Position numbers and translations under genes: made by a program
Shown: positions 10,297 through 22,249 of the stretch, piece after piece
How the letters are laid out: each line of letters begins with the position of its first letter
How positions within the stretch are numbered: position 1 is the first letter of the stretch
Source: Paraglomus brasilianum
Taxonomy: Eukaryota
Length of the DNA stretch: 34,486 nt
Assembly (NCBI GenBank): GCA_910592345.1
Contig: CAJVPI010000338.1
Location: forward strand, 1 to 34,486
Direction: 5' to 3'
The notes under the pieces: model-generated
What the model was told of the DNA's origin: nothing
Seen by the model: the letters and a program-made list of their open reading frames with translations, nothing else
The model's database searches: none

Positions 10297-12817
10297 TTAT
10301 TCGATAAGCTCATCAGGGAGTGTATCTGGTACTCGATTCCCTTGTAGTCGTCCATCAATCAAGAACATACCTACGCAAAACTCATGTTGACTGAGTCTAC
10401 CATCTTCATCGCTATCGCAGAGACTCCTAAAAAACGGCAATGGAGATATATTAGATAAAATAAACGTATTCTTCGATAACTCATTTGGAATTGTTGACAT
10501 TACCATATTTTGGACAAAGTCTTTTTATCGAGCCTACTTCGCATGTATATTTCTTTAACCACGTCGCCTATATCGAGTAATGTTTCATTAGCTGAATACA
10601 CCGGAATTCAAGATAATAAAATAAATTTTTTTTATACAAAGAGGTAAATAGATCCATAAACTTACTATCAATATATCCATCTTCGTCCATGTTCGCTGCA
10701 AACACAATCTCATACCGTTCTCGAGCATTACGCGGAATACCTTTAGATAAATTACTCTCTGGATTAATAGTAAAAAATGGTTACAATCAAAATGAAACAA
10801 AACCAAATTGTCCCAAATCTTCACCAGATCCACGGACATACCATTGAAAGGATTATGTTGCGGAGGCCTCGGCGGAATTTTGGACGTGCTTTCTCCCTCC
10901 GCTCTTGTAGTATTTTTTCTATCCGGCAACGGTGGTGGAGTATTATCTTGGTCTCTAGTTGGAACGCTCCTGGCGCTCACCTTATCCATTATAGATGTTC
11001 TATTGAATGTATTTTTACGTGATGGGATTTCAGGTCGAGAAGTTTTTGGCTGCGTGGATTTTACAGACGATAGAGTGTCGTCGAAGGCATCACTAGCTAG
11101 AGATCTGGACCGTACTTGTGCCTGGTCTTTGGCTACAGTTTCCGCTTTATCGAGAACTTTGCCCTGATAAGGGCGTGTGTATTTGGAATACTTGGAGTTT
11201 GACAGCTGTCCTGGTGGGTTCGTAATCCCAAGGAAATGTAGATGATATATCGAGGGTGGGTAATGTGAGGAAATTGTACATTAGTATTAAATTTAGTATA
11301 AACATTCAATGTTTTGTCATGCGTAAACTTCCTGCAAAAGTGAACCTAAATCTGATGCATTTAAACACAGGTTCACTTTGGTACATGTACAAGCATTGGA
11401 ATATATGTTACTAACAGCTAGCAATCTAATTTGGAACAGTTCCTAATCGAACCATTTCAGTATCTCCCCCCACATAGCCCGCAACATCCTCCATCAGCAA
11501 CCACACCAAAAAATTTATCTTACCTCTTCCTTCGCCGAAAGCCTTCCCCACTTGGCGCGAAGCGGCATTACCAACTTCATCCTGTACATTCTTTTTAGCC
11601 GCACCTTCGACGTTCTCAAGTTTCCCAGCAACCTCGCTCCGAGCCTGGCTCCCAACCTTCGGTCGCGGTGGCGTAGGCGGTGGCGCATCGGATAGCTTGC
11701 GCAGAGGCGTGTCGCGAACCTCTTTTACAGAAGGTTTGACGTTTCGTGGTGCAACCGGTGGTGGTGCAGAACGAAGCGATGGTTTTGGAAGCAAGGCTGG
11801 TGGAGCACGTGATACCAAAGTTGCAGAAGATTGCTCCTTTTGAAGTTTTTTGATTTCAGATGGACGTTTGAAAGGAGAATCTGGTTCATCGTCAGATAAA
11901 TTATCGGCTGATCTAAAAGCTGATGGCTGCGGGTCTCTCGATTCCGTCGTCTTCATTATAGACGTCCTTGGTTTTGGTGCTACTGGTGGCGGCGAGGACT
12001 GTACCTTGCTTTCGAGTTGTCTACGTAGCGCGCTCACCGACACCGGCGTAGCAGATTCTTCTTCTTCTTCCACATCATGAGTATTTGTCTTGAATCCGTT
12101 ACCGCTGATGTCTGGTTTTGGTTTTGTCAGAGGTGCCGTAGACTTGACAGACGATTTGTCGGTCGGTGTAGTGGTGGTGTTTGTCGTCTTTTCAAAGCCT
12201 GCTATTACGTTTGCCGAGAGTTTCCGTGGACCACCCAATGGTCTATCTGATGAGAAGCCCAGATGGTCAATGAAACGAATACCATATATAGATCTATGTA
12301 ATCAATAAAAATCTCCATGTTGATCGTTACCTGCATTTACTGTAGGTTTCGGCATAATCGCAGGTGGACCGGTCGATTTGACTCCATTCGATCCTACTGA
12401 TTTTGCCGTACCTCTTGGTAACACTTTTGGTGGCTTTGGCTAAATCCAACAGCGTCATATGGATGTTGTTTTAAACGCTTGATCATTTTTAGATTAATTC
12501 GAATAAACTCAATAGGTTATTTGAATATGGTGTATTATTAAGATGTATTAATCCTTACCTTATCCTCAAACAGTTCAACATAATTCTTTGGAACTAGACC
12601 TCTCTCTCTCGTTCTTTCTGAGACCGCCTCTAGCCACCCTTCGCTGTCGCTTTCAACGACTTTTTAATAACAATTAATAAAAAGTTCTGCAATACGTTAG
12701 GCAAAATATGTTGTATAAAAGAGACCAACCATCAACCAAAATGTCTCCTTCTTTGAAAGATAACTCTTCAACATCGTCAGCGACACAGTCATATAATGCT
12801 CTTGCTTTTGTAGGCAT
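10297..12817 (-). CDS. SH3 - proline-rich - EH domain protein (putative endocytic/actin adaptor)
   Basis: Exons 12817-12730, 12659-12559, 12439-12331, 12246-11524, 11210-10842, 10758-10666, 10567-10504, 10426-10297 join in frame. N-terminal SH3 (ARALYDCVADDVEELSFKEGD...EGW...GLVPKNYVEL); many PxxPxR/K motifs; C-terminal EH domain (RERYEIVF...SRLDKKTLSKIWSLCDSDEDGRLSQHEFCVGMFLI...VPDTLPDEL). Confidence 0.9.
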
Positions 12818-13599
12818 ATTTCTGCTAATTATCTATAGAAACGTTACTCTCTGATTTTCTACTTGTCCCCGATGTAAAGATATAAATAAGCGTTTGGGCC
12901 ATTACAAAGGTGTTTGTGGCAAATGTTAATTCATTTTAATGTTACACACGAATGCATCAAAGTGAATATAAATATGTTCATCACTAAGAAGTTTCGGTTT
13001 CTTTCGTGTATCAGATATTAATATGCATTAATTTGCTAGAATTACTATATTTACGTTGGAACGCAGACCGGAATGATAGCTCGCCTTGAGACTGAGATTA
13101 GTTGTGCTTAGATCAAGGGACATTTACGCGCGTTTCTTCTGCACTAGTACTTCAAAAACGGAATTTGAATAACAGCAACCTTAAATTCGTCGTGTTAACT
13201 TATATTCTACTTTGTTTAGTTTATAACTACCTAAGCGTTTACATCAATTGCTTTCAAGTGAATTGGGCGAGATTATCGCATAAGTAATGTCTCTTATACT
13301 AGTTATTTATGGCAAATTGCTAAAGGGAAACCGATTTTTATGTCCGTAGGATATTATGTAATTATTTAGCATCACACAAGGTTTCATCGGCGCTAAGATG
13401 ATAGCTTTGCATATGTACTGAGAGCGCATGCGTTTTCTAACGATGAAATTGTTATATTGCTGAAACTAACGCATCATCTGATTATATTAGTTTGAGATCG
13501 AGTCTGCAGTTTACGTGACATATGAGCGGTTAAAACGAATAAGGAAAGACCTCTTAATTCTGACGATATTTAAAAAAAAATATAAACGAGTTGAAGGCT

Positions 13600-14030
13600 A
13601 AACTCAGGAAAAATACGAATTATCATGGATGGACCCTCTGGCTAGTCAGGTAATTTCTGACGAGTCGGAAATTGTAAAGAAGTTGCCAGGATACTTTTAT
13701 GAAGCCAGTACGACAGATGGTACCTTTATCTCTTCCGCCCGCAGTGAAAATAAAATGCAATGAATTCGTTGCTACTTTCATTGAGAATCGTGAAGTTGAT
13801 TTTCCAAGAAAACTTACACATGATGGAACATGGAAGGAAACAGAGAATGAGCGCGGAGAGAATTTTAGATACACTGTAGGTGTTTTTTAATTTTTTTTTG
13901 TAATATCTAGTGATTTCCTACTCACTGCTTATGTCTTTTCATTGATATTAGAAGCGATTCTTGGAATAATCCTGCATTTGGAACAAATCCCTGAATGAAG
14001 GTACTTACGTGACCAATGTGATAGTACTGG
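13600..14030 (+). pseudogene. Frameshifted, truncated fragment of a hypothetical protein
   Basis: Protein-like pieces in shifting frames: WMDPLASQVISDESEIVKKLPG / MKPVRQMVPLSLPPAVKIKCNEFVATF...HDGTWKE / SDSWNNPAFGTN / LNEGTYVTNVIV. I recall the last motif from a multicopy Glomeromycotina family (unverified). Confidence 0.45.
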
Positions 14031-14683
14031 ACTCGTAAAAGTTGTAAATCCTATAGGGACGAATTTGGGATTATTGGAGTACAGATGGCCGGAAAGAAAT
14101 AATTTTGAGTGTCCTTATAAGGGATATGAGCGAAGTCCATCGATATTATCGTCTTCATGAATCAGAAATTCCGGTTCAACTATCAGATCCGTTCATTGTA
14201 GAAAAATTCGTAGAATCATTACTGATATTGCGAAATATTCTAATCGTTAATATGAGAGCATACTGCAGTTTTTTCACCTAGGGGAGATAACTAGAATTTT
14301 TTGTCATGTATTTTTATTATATATCTCAAGTCCTACAATTTGTAATTTAGTATGTTATTTAGCATAGTAATACAAAAAATTGCGGTTTATTATTTTTATC
14401 GCAGTATTAATAAAAAATTATTTTTCTTGGAAAAGTTGCTGCAGGATGTCATGTGTTAAATTTCTTGATCGGAGTTAATATTTCTAGCAGATGTGTCGCG
14501 ATATTAGTACTCCGAATTTTTAGCTCGGCATGTGCTAAGAAACTGGCAAAAAGCCAGCTACATGCTGGAATAATATAAACTGGCTCGAACTACGCGATAT
14601 TGATGCGTGCACTATTTTTTTCTTGTATAATTTTGAATTTTTGAATGCGCAAAATTCTTGAATTTTTCTATTATCTATAAGAA

Positions 14684-15341
14684 ATGGCTGCTATACTAAC
14701 ACCAGCTTCTTCCATTGATATATGGCGATGTCTTACATTACGAAAACATCCATTATCGCTAGAACAGGTAAGTAGTATCCATTCCGAAGTGGAAGATTTG
14801 TTAAATAAGGCGTTGAAAATTATATTAAACAAAAAGAGCGTCAGAGGATAAAGTCTAATACTAGCGAATGTGAAAAATTATCAAGCCAAGAGGATGAGGA
14901 GTTGCGCATATTGAAGCAAAAAATGGAAAAAAAAATTGAAGACCTTAGTGATTTGCAAGTCCAATATACAGTAAATTACGCGAGCAAGCTATGGCCAAGT
15001 CTTTAGAGAAAAGTGGCGACAAAATTACTCAATTAAGCTCTTCGGTTACCTTTTTCAAAGATATAATTCATGATACGAGAAAAGCCATTGTATCAGCTGA
15101 AAAGTCCATTGACATGTTAGAGAATAAATACCGGCATCTGGAGGATATTATTTCTGCTAAAGATAGAAAAATTATCGCTCTTGTTGATCAGATCCTTTCC
15201 AATACAAAGCATAGTGATGTGACTATAGAACCTGAAATATATTCTAGCACTTATGAAAGAAAATTATGGGCGAAGAGGCGTAATGAATCTGAATATGACC
15301 TAGAAACCCGGAAAAAATATACATTTCGTCTCACTCAATAG
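14684..15341 (+). pseudogene. Frameshifted coiled-coil protein gene, probably part of a mobile/viral-like element
   Basis: MAAILTPASSIDIWRCLTLRKHPLSLEQVSSIHSEVEDLLNKA, then a shifted frame ENYIKQKERQR..., then the heptad-rich ORF 14991-15341. Converges tail-to-tail with the ATPase-like relic. Confidence 0.5.
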
Positions 15342-15359
15342 CTTTGAGGGAAAATTTTA

Positions 15360-15891
15360 TTCACTAAAAAAAGGCGTATCCCAGTCTCTTCGATCACACA
15401 AATAGCTATCAACATCTTTATAATACTGCGCCAGTCATTAGCATATAGGCGGGAATTCACCTGAAGTTGACCCGTTGAATAGAACAATATAATTTAATTC
15501 TTTCGTTATTAGCTCTGCGTTACATAAATTGGGTTTATATTTTTGTGACGTCCTTCAGTGAAATAAGGAACAATTTTCTCTTGAATATTCTTTGGCAGGT
15601 CTTCGAATCATTAGTTAGATAAAGTACTAGTATTAGGATGCCAACACCTGGGTTTAAGGAATATTGTGACCAGTTCACAGAGGATACAATCATGTTCAAG
15701 TTCCCTAATCTTGTCCAAAAGTCTTTTATTAAAGGACAATTTGATCCTTTTTTAGATGAAGGCCATGATATATTAATATTAATATTGCACAAGATATAAT
15801 TAAACATTTGTAAGTGCTTTGTCTGTTTGTGACCAAACTCCCTGACTTCAGTGTGTCTCGAAGCCCAAGTAATATCAAGTGTCAAAAGCAT
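15360..15891 (-). pseudogene. Degenerate A32-like (FtsK-HerA) viral genome-packaging ATPase relic
   Basis: Minus-strand frame 15607-15512 reads [32 protein letters not shown] (Walker B-like FED, GRH arginine finger, hhhxQ sensor). Shifted frames then give LNYIVLFNG, RLYANDWRSII and RRDWDTPF. No Walker A is visible; stops and frameshifts are present. Confidence 0.6.
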
Positions 15892-15919
15892 AGAATTAAT
15901 ACCGAACTTAGTGCCGCAG

Positions 15920-15955
15920 AAATAAAATAAAATAAAAATAAAATAAAATAAAAAT
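15920..15955. repeat. (AAAAT)n microsatellite
   Basis: aaataaaataaaataaaaataaaataaaataaaaat. Confidence 0.9.
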
Positions 15956-16522
15956 CCAATTCACGTGATTCTGGCTACGCCTCCGAAGCGCAGAAAATTT
16001 TCAAGCTCTCCGAAATAACGTCAAGTCGATTTTGATCAGCTGAGCGTAGCCAATCAATCCGAGGCTTCAAGCCCTGCCTAGTCGATTATCCGATTCATTT
16101 CTTGAAGAAAATAGGAGCCGTTTAAGCGAGTTTTTAATTCGAATAAGGAAGAGGGGGAATACTATGGATTATGCGTTTGAAACTGTGAAACGTGTGTTTA
16201 TTATAGTGAAGGAGATCCAAAATTTAGGATGGTAATGTTAATTATGAGATAGGTAGGTAGTAAAGAATTTACTAGTAGTTTTGATAATATTATGGGGTAG
16301 TGAGAAGGAACTGCCATTTCTTTTACTATGTAAAAGGCGTCTGGGGGCGGGCAGGCATGAAGTTTCACAATAAAGTTTCGCGACGCAAAAGAACGCAGAT
16401 TGCAGTTTTATAATTCTTTTATTGCATGCTTTTTAATTACAAATCTTTAAAGAACCTTAACACCAAATAATAAAGCTTTGCTAACGTCTTTTCTAATACT
16501 GAGTGATGAAGCGATGTTTGAA

Positions 16523-17363
16523 TTATTTATTCTTACGCGACTTCTTTCTTGTTTTTTTTCCTTTTGGAACCGCAAGATTAGCCTTAGCTTCTGAAATCTT
16601 CTTCTTAAGCCCCTCCTCCATGTGATTTTTAAATTCTTCCTCCAATTGATGTTCATATTCATCCACAGGTACCCGCTCAAAAGTGTCCTCGATGATGTAA
16701 CACATTCTATTCGGATGGATGAGATAATTCGTAATTCCTTCTTCCAAGTCGGATCCCATGTATATTATACTACACTCCATTTCATTCCACATAAACAAGC
16801 ATTCATTTTCATCTAAGAACCTCATTACAAATTCAGAAAGGTCTAAATATAAAGGAAAAATTTTGGTGATTCCAAAGAGTTTAGCAAAGGTTTCTCTAAG
16901 ATCCGTACTCAGACGCCACATATCCTTTTCCGTAAAGTCGCGAAGCTCGTCCTTCAATTGATCAAAAAGGTGACACGGCACATCCTGCAATTTTGGCAAG
17001 GATACTTTGTTTGTCCTTTTACTACTTTTATTGTGAGAGTCCAAACTGGTGTATTGGGCCTCACTTGACTTGGGTGCGTCCACGTATTCATCTCTGAACA
17101 ATTCCCATGATTCCAACGCTCTTTCCTTGGCATCACTTCCTGATTTTGATTTCGAGGGAGAATATGTAGAGGGAAATTGAACAGATCGGTCATCTGTCGA
17201 GATCTGATCATTTGTTTTCTGGGTTGGGGTTTCCCCGCGATCGACTAAAAAACAAAGGAAAGGGAAATATAGGGATAGATATTGGAGATAACTTTTGAAA
17301 TAGAACCTGCTTCCTTTTATTCATAACAGAAAAAAGCTAAGACTTACCTCCACTGCCGTCCAT
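16523..17363 (-). CDS. Hypothetical protein, possible SUKH-like domain with Lys/Arg-rich C-terminal tail
   Basis: Exon 1 17363-17348 (MDGSG, GTAAGT donor) splices in frame to 17244-16523, which contains the 197-aa ORF. Motif FLDENECLFMW...IYMGSDLEEGITNYL; tail KGKKTRKKSRKNK. Confidence 0.7.
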
Positions 17364-17677
17364 GTCTGTTTGAGACGAGGATGTATTAAAAGTGGGGAAA
17401 GTAGAGTCACTCATATTGCTCATATCTTTCGTCGTGAAAAGTATATTTGAAAGAGCGAAAGGCGGGCATTTACTGTATGGAGAATCATGTGATTCACTAT
17501 TTTAGCGTACAATGAAACGAGTTCCGGAAAAATTAGTAATTTTTGGCACAATTCCAATAATTTTGCGTTTTGTGCGACGATTAGATTAATCCCAATAATT
17601 TTGTGTAGAGTCTACTACGCCACAAAGTTCGTGATTGCTTTTTTCGCAACGAATACGAGAAACGTTACTGAAAACCG

Positions 17678-20316
17678 ATGGCGGCTCCTAGTATGAACGC
17701 AGTCTATGCGACCGACGAATATGGTCGCCCATTTATTATTGTCAGGGAACAACAGAAGAAAAGCCGTCTCAGCGGTTTTGATGCCGTAAAGGTACGTATT
17801 TCTTTGGGGTGATTGTTCTTAATTAATGCTATCTGCGATTAGTGTGCGAAATGCACCGCATGTTGGCATAATATTAATCATCCAATATTAGTCTCACATA
17901 TTGGCTGCTAAAACAGTGGCTAATATTATCAAAACTTCCTTGGGACCAAGAGGTAAATTTTTTAACCTAACGTTCTTGTTACTATTACATCAAACATGAT
18001 TATATATACATGATTGAGGATTGAGTATTGAGTAATCTCTGGACAATTGTCTAGACACTTTGGACGTTTTAGTTACCCGTCAATCTCGCTCGATCCATTT
18101 TATTTAACAATATTTATGTTCTACAACAGGACTTGATAAAATTCTTATATCGCCTGATGGAGACGTCACAGTGACCAACGACGGTGCAACAATTCTTAGT
18201 AATATGGAAGTTGAACATCAAATAGCGAAACTGTTAGTGCAGCTATCCAAGTCTCAAGACGACGAGATCGGCGATGGAACCACTGGTGTCGTTGGTAGAT
18301 ATCGATCTGAGAAATGCGTTCGTGTCATCTGTCCCTTATGAAGAGGAAAACCGAAAAAGTAGAGCCAATTTACGCTAATTTTTGAAACAACATTATTTTC
18401 CACAATATTCCAGTTCTTGCTGGCGCTCTCCTCGAACATGCAGAAACTCTGATAGCTAAAGGCATACATCCAATACGTGTTTCTGATGGATTTGAGAGAG
18501 CATGCAAAGTGGCCGTCGATCACCTGGATAAGATTTCCGATGTTGTTGAATTTACAAAGGATAATACCGAGAATCTATTCAAGACGGCAATGACGAGTTT
18601 AGGCAGTAAGATGTATGCAATCTGTTGACACGTCAATAATACCATTGCCATAATTGGAATCATTATTTATCAATAGTTATAACTAACACATATTTTTCAA
18701 TTTTGGTTGTTGGGTTTGATAACAAACTCTTTATAGTGTATCAAAACATCATTCCCAATTTGCTCAAATAGCCGTGGATGCAGTTCTCTCAGTAGCAGAC
18801 CTTGAACGCAAAGACGTTGATTTCGAACTAATAAAAGTTGACGGAAAAGTTGGTGGTTCGCTCGTTGACACCGCGCTGGTACAGGGCGTTGTTGTCGACA
18901 AGGACTTTTCTCATTCACAAATGCCGCGTGAAGTTCGTGACGCAAAAATTGCAATTTTAACATGTCCATTCGAACCACCTAAACCAAAGACAAAACACAA
19001 GTTGGACATCACGTCTGTCGACGAGTACAAAAAATTGCAGAGTTATGAGAGAGAGAAATTTGAAGAAATGATCAAGAAGGTTAAAGATACTGGTGCTAAT
19101 CTAGTTATTTGTCAGTGGGGATTCGATGACGAGGCGAACCATTTGCTATTGCAAAACAAACTGCCGGCCGTACGGTGGGTCGGTGGACCAGAGATTGAGG
19201 TTGGTGATAATGATACTGATTCCTCAATATAGTAATAATCATATGCTTGCGCACATGTTGTTTTATCTGTGTTAGAACATTAACGGTATGTCCTCTTTTT
19301 AGCTCATTGCCATCGCTACAAAAGGTCGTATAGTGCCTCGATTCGAAGACCTTACACCAGAAAAGTTGGGCTTTGCTGGCATCGTTCGTGAAATTTCCTT
19401 TGGCACCACGAAAGATCGTATGCTTGTCATTGAAGAGTGTTCAAACACACGCGCCGTCACAGTGTTTGTTCGCGGTAGTAACAAGATGGTAATTATGTAT
19501 ACATATACATATCTGTGCCATTTATCCTGTTTACGCGTTTGATTCTGTTCAATTATACACAGATATTAATTTTGTTCAATCAATAGATTATCGATGAAGC
19601 CAAACGGGCTATCCACGATGCAATGTGCGTTGTCCGTAACTTGGTTCGTGACAATCGCGTTGTGTATGGAGGCGGAGCAGCAGAAATTAGCTGCTCTCTT
19701 GCTGTCTCAAAGGCAGCTGACGAGGTAACTGAAATATGGGAGGGGGGTTTTTTGTGGAATGCTTGCGTAGAGCACGAATAGCAACAAACAGTCTTACTAT
19801 TTAGCAATAATGCTTACCATTATGATTATTTTCTAACAGATTTCATCGATCGAACAATATGCGATTCGCGCTTTTGCAAGTGCATTGGACGCGATACCGT
19901 TGGCACTTGCTGAGAACTCGGGCTTATCGTCCATAGAGACACTCTCAAATATCAAATCAAGACAAGTCACTGAGAACAATAGTCGGTTAGGAATTGATTG
20001 CATGATGACTGGTTCAAATGGTAAGTGATGTGAATTATCGACCAAACGTGGGGCAGATGCGTTTACGATACTATTTCCCAAGAATAACATGATTGTTCTT
20101 TTAATTTTAGATATGAAAGAACTGTTCGTATATGATCCATTAATTTCTAAACGACAGCAGTTCTTATTGGCTACTCAACTTGTAAAGATGATTCTAAAGA
20201 TTGATGACGTACGTATGAAAAATCACGTCCTATTATAATAAGCAGTGCAAGAGATATAAATCTAATTCGCAACTTTATCAATATAGGTCATCATCACAGG
20301 AGCGTCTGATGAATAA
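17678..20316 (+). CDS. CCT5: T-complex protein 1 subunit epsilon (CCT/TRiC chaperonin)
   Basis: Exons 17678-17791, 17892-17952, 18130-18294, 18414-18612, 18737-19199, 19303-19488, 19587-19724, 19840-20020, 20111-20208, 20287-20316. Motifs [76 protein letters not shown]. Confidence 0.98.
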
Positions 20317-22249
20317 CAAAATTATTGGCAGAATTGAATAATAAAAATTGTCTGCGTTCAGTTGAAAGGAATTACGCAGTCATAATAGGAAGTTTAATGT
20401 TTCGAGCTATAATCATAATAAACTTGTATATCGCGTCGAAAGAGATAATAACACTTTGCCTTATTATCGGACGGTTTCGTTTGTTTTGAATACAAACTAT
20501 GTTCTCCATGCTTTTTTTTGCTGTCTGCAATTCTATCCATAAGCCTAGCATGCTTCAACAATCTAATTCGTATTTGCTGAATGATTATAATTTGTTTTAT
20601 GTATATGCAGATTACACTCACAGCATCGAATGTGGAAAAATCCTGGAAATGTTAAATTACAAGTATCGACATATTCTAAGATTTCATATCCGTGTTTCAA
20701 GTCTTCTCTCGATTGGATAATCCTCTGGCACTCGGAAGCCCGTTTGAAGGGGGGATTCTTTGAAACACTCATATTTAAGTGAGGATCCAGAAAATATAGC
20801 AAATGGAATTCATTTTCTTAAAGTCAATAGTAAACATATACAAGTTTCGTGTCAATAAGACCCACGTGGCTTATAAGATTCAGATGAGCACCCGTCTTCT
20901 TACAAAATAGCTGATCCCATATCTTTTATGTTCGTCAACGCCACAATATCGTTAAAAATTCGCTCGCAAATTTCGTCTCCTACCCTGCAATGAAACTCAA
21001 TTAACATGTTAGTAGAGGCGTGTACAAAATTCCACTTCAATCAGGTATAACCGATTCATATTTACTCGTGATCAGATTTCTAGTCCATCCGCAGAGACTT
21101 TCGCGGGAAACATAGCTAATATAATCTGAACAAGTAAAAGAGCTCAACTCTTTTTTTTTGACTTGACCTCGAGTTTTATGCCAATGCTTTTACTGATTCC
21201 CCCAATTTACTGCAGTTAGATCACTATGGGTCCACTAAATCCCCTATAATAATATGTGCCGCATACGAAAATGAATTATCTCAAGCACAAAACTATTAAC
21301 CACAATGGCGTGTGTTTACTTCACAACCAACTATACGATATTGGAAGCATTCAATAAAGAATGCAATTTACAAATGCTGGTAATGTTGCTGCTTTAAAGG
21401 TGTTTCATGGATATTTTAAATCTCTGCGCGCCTAATTTTTTTTTGAACAAAGTTTTTGCAAAAGATAAACTCTAACCTTTTATTAATATAAATGACTATT
21501 ATTATTTGAGAATCACGTTTTTTAAAAACTAAATTGGCGTCAAACGGTTGCAAACCAATTATACATTTTAATTAGTTATTTCTCGCCATCGACAAAACCA
21601 CTTACAATTTAATTTCGCGATTTTTAACTACTAGCGCGTTCTTAAAATAATGCCATGAAAATTACTCGGTCTTTTCTTTGCTGGCAATACCGAAGATCAG
21701 CGGTCATAAATGTCTAAATTCTCTTACGTCGGTCTGTACGTCAGGCTTAAGAAATGTAGTTTATTATTGTTGTTATTGTTATTGTTATTTTGTGTTGATC
21801 TACTAAATTTAATTGCAATGCCATCAAATTACATTTAATTGTACTCTTTTTATAATCGACAAAAAGCGCAGAATTCCAACCGTAGTGTTTGCAAACAAAT
21901 GCACCAGCGAGCGAGCCTGTTTCATTCTTCAACACAATTGTGATTAACAAACTTCTATACAAAAAAAGGAACCGTAAAGTATCTATTTATTGTTGTAGAA
22001 GAACGAAATTGTAGTACAATTGCATGAAAATTAACTCCGAGTTTGCTTATTTAGCCAACTCCACCCGCGATAGCATGCCAAATATTAAAACTGAATACAA
22101 TGACCAGAATAAAAGTAGCAGTTGACTGAGTTGGCAACTTATTTTAGTAGCAGAGCTTACTTGGACCCCACCCGAGCTAGCATGCCAAATAAATGGTAAT
22201 TAATGGATATTCGTGCAAGATACATTTAAAATACGCAATATACAAAGAC

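Noticed and set aside
20563..21130. Exon-like minus-strand segments downstream of CCT5
   Set aside because: Splice-like signals exist but I could not join them in frame without stops, and no motif is recognisable; possibly a pseudogene.
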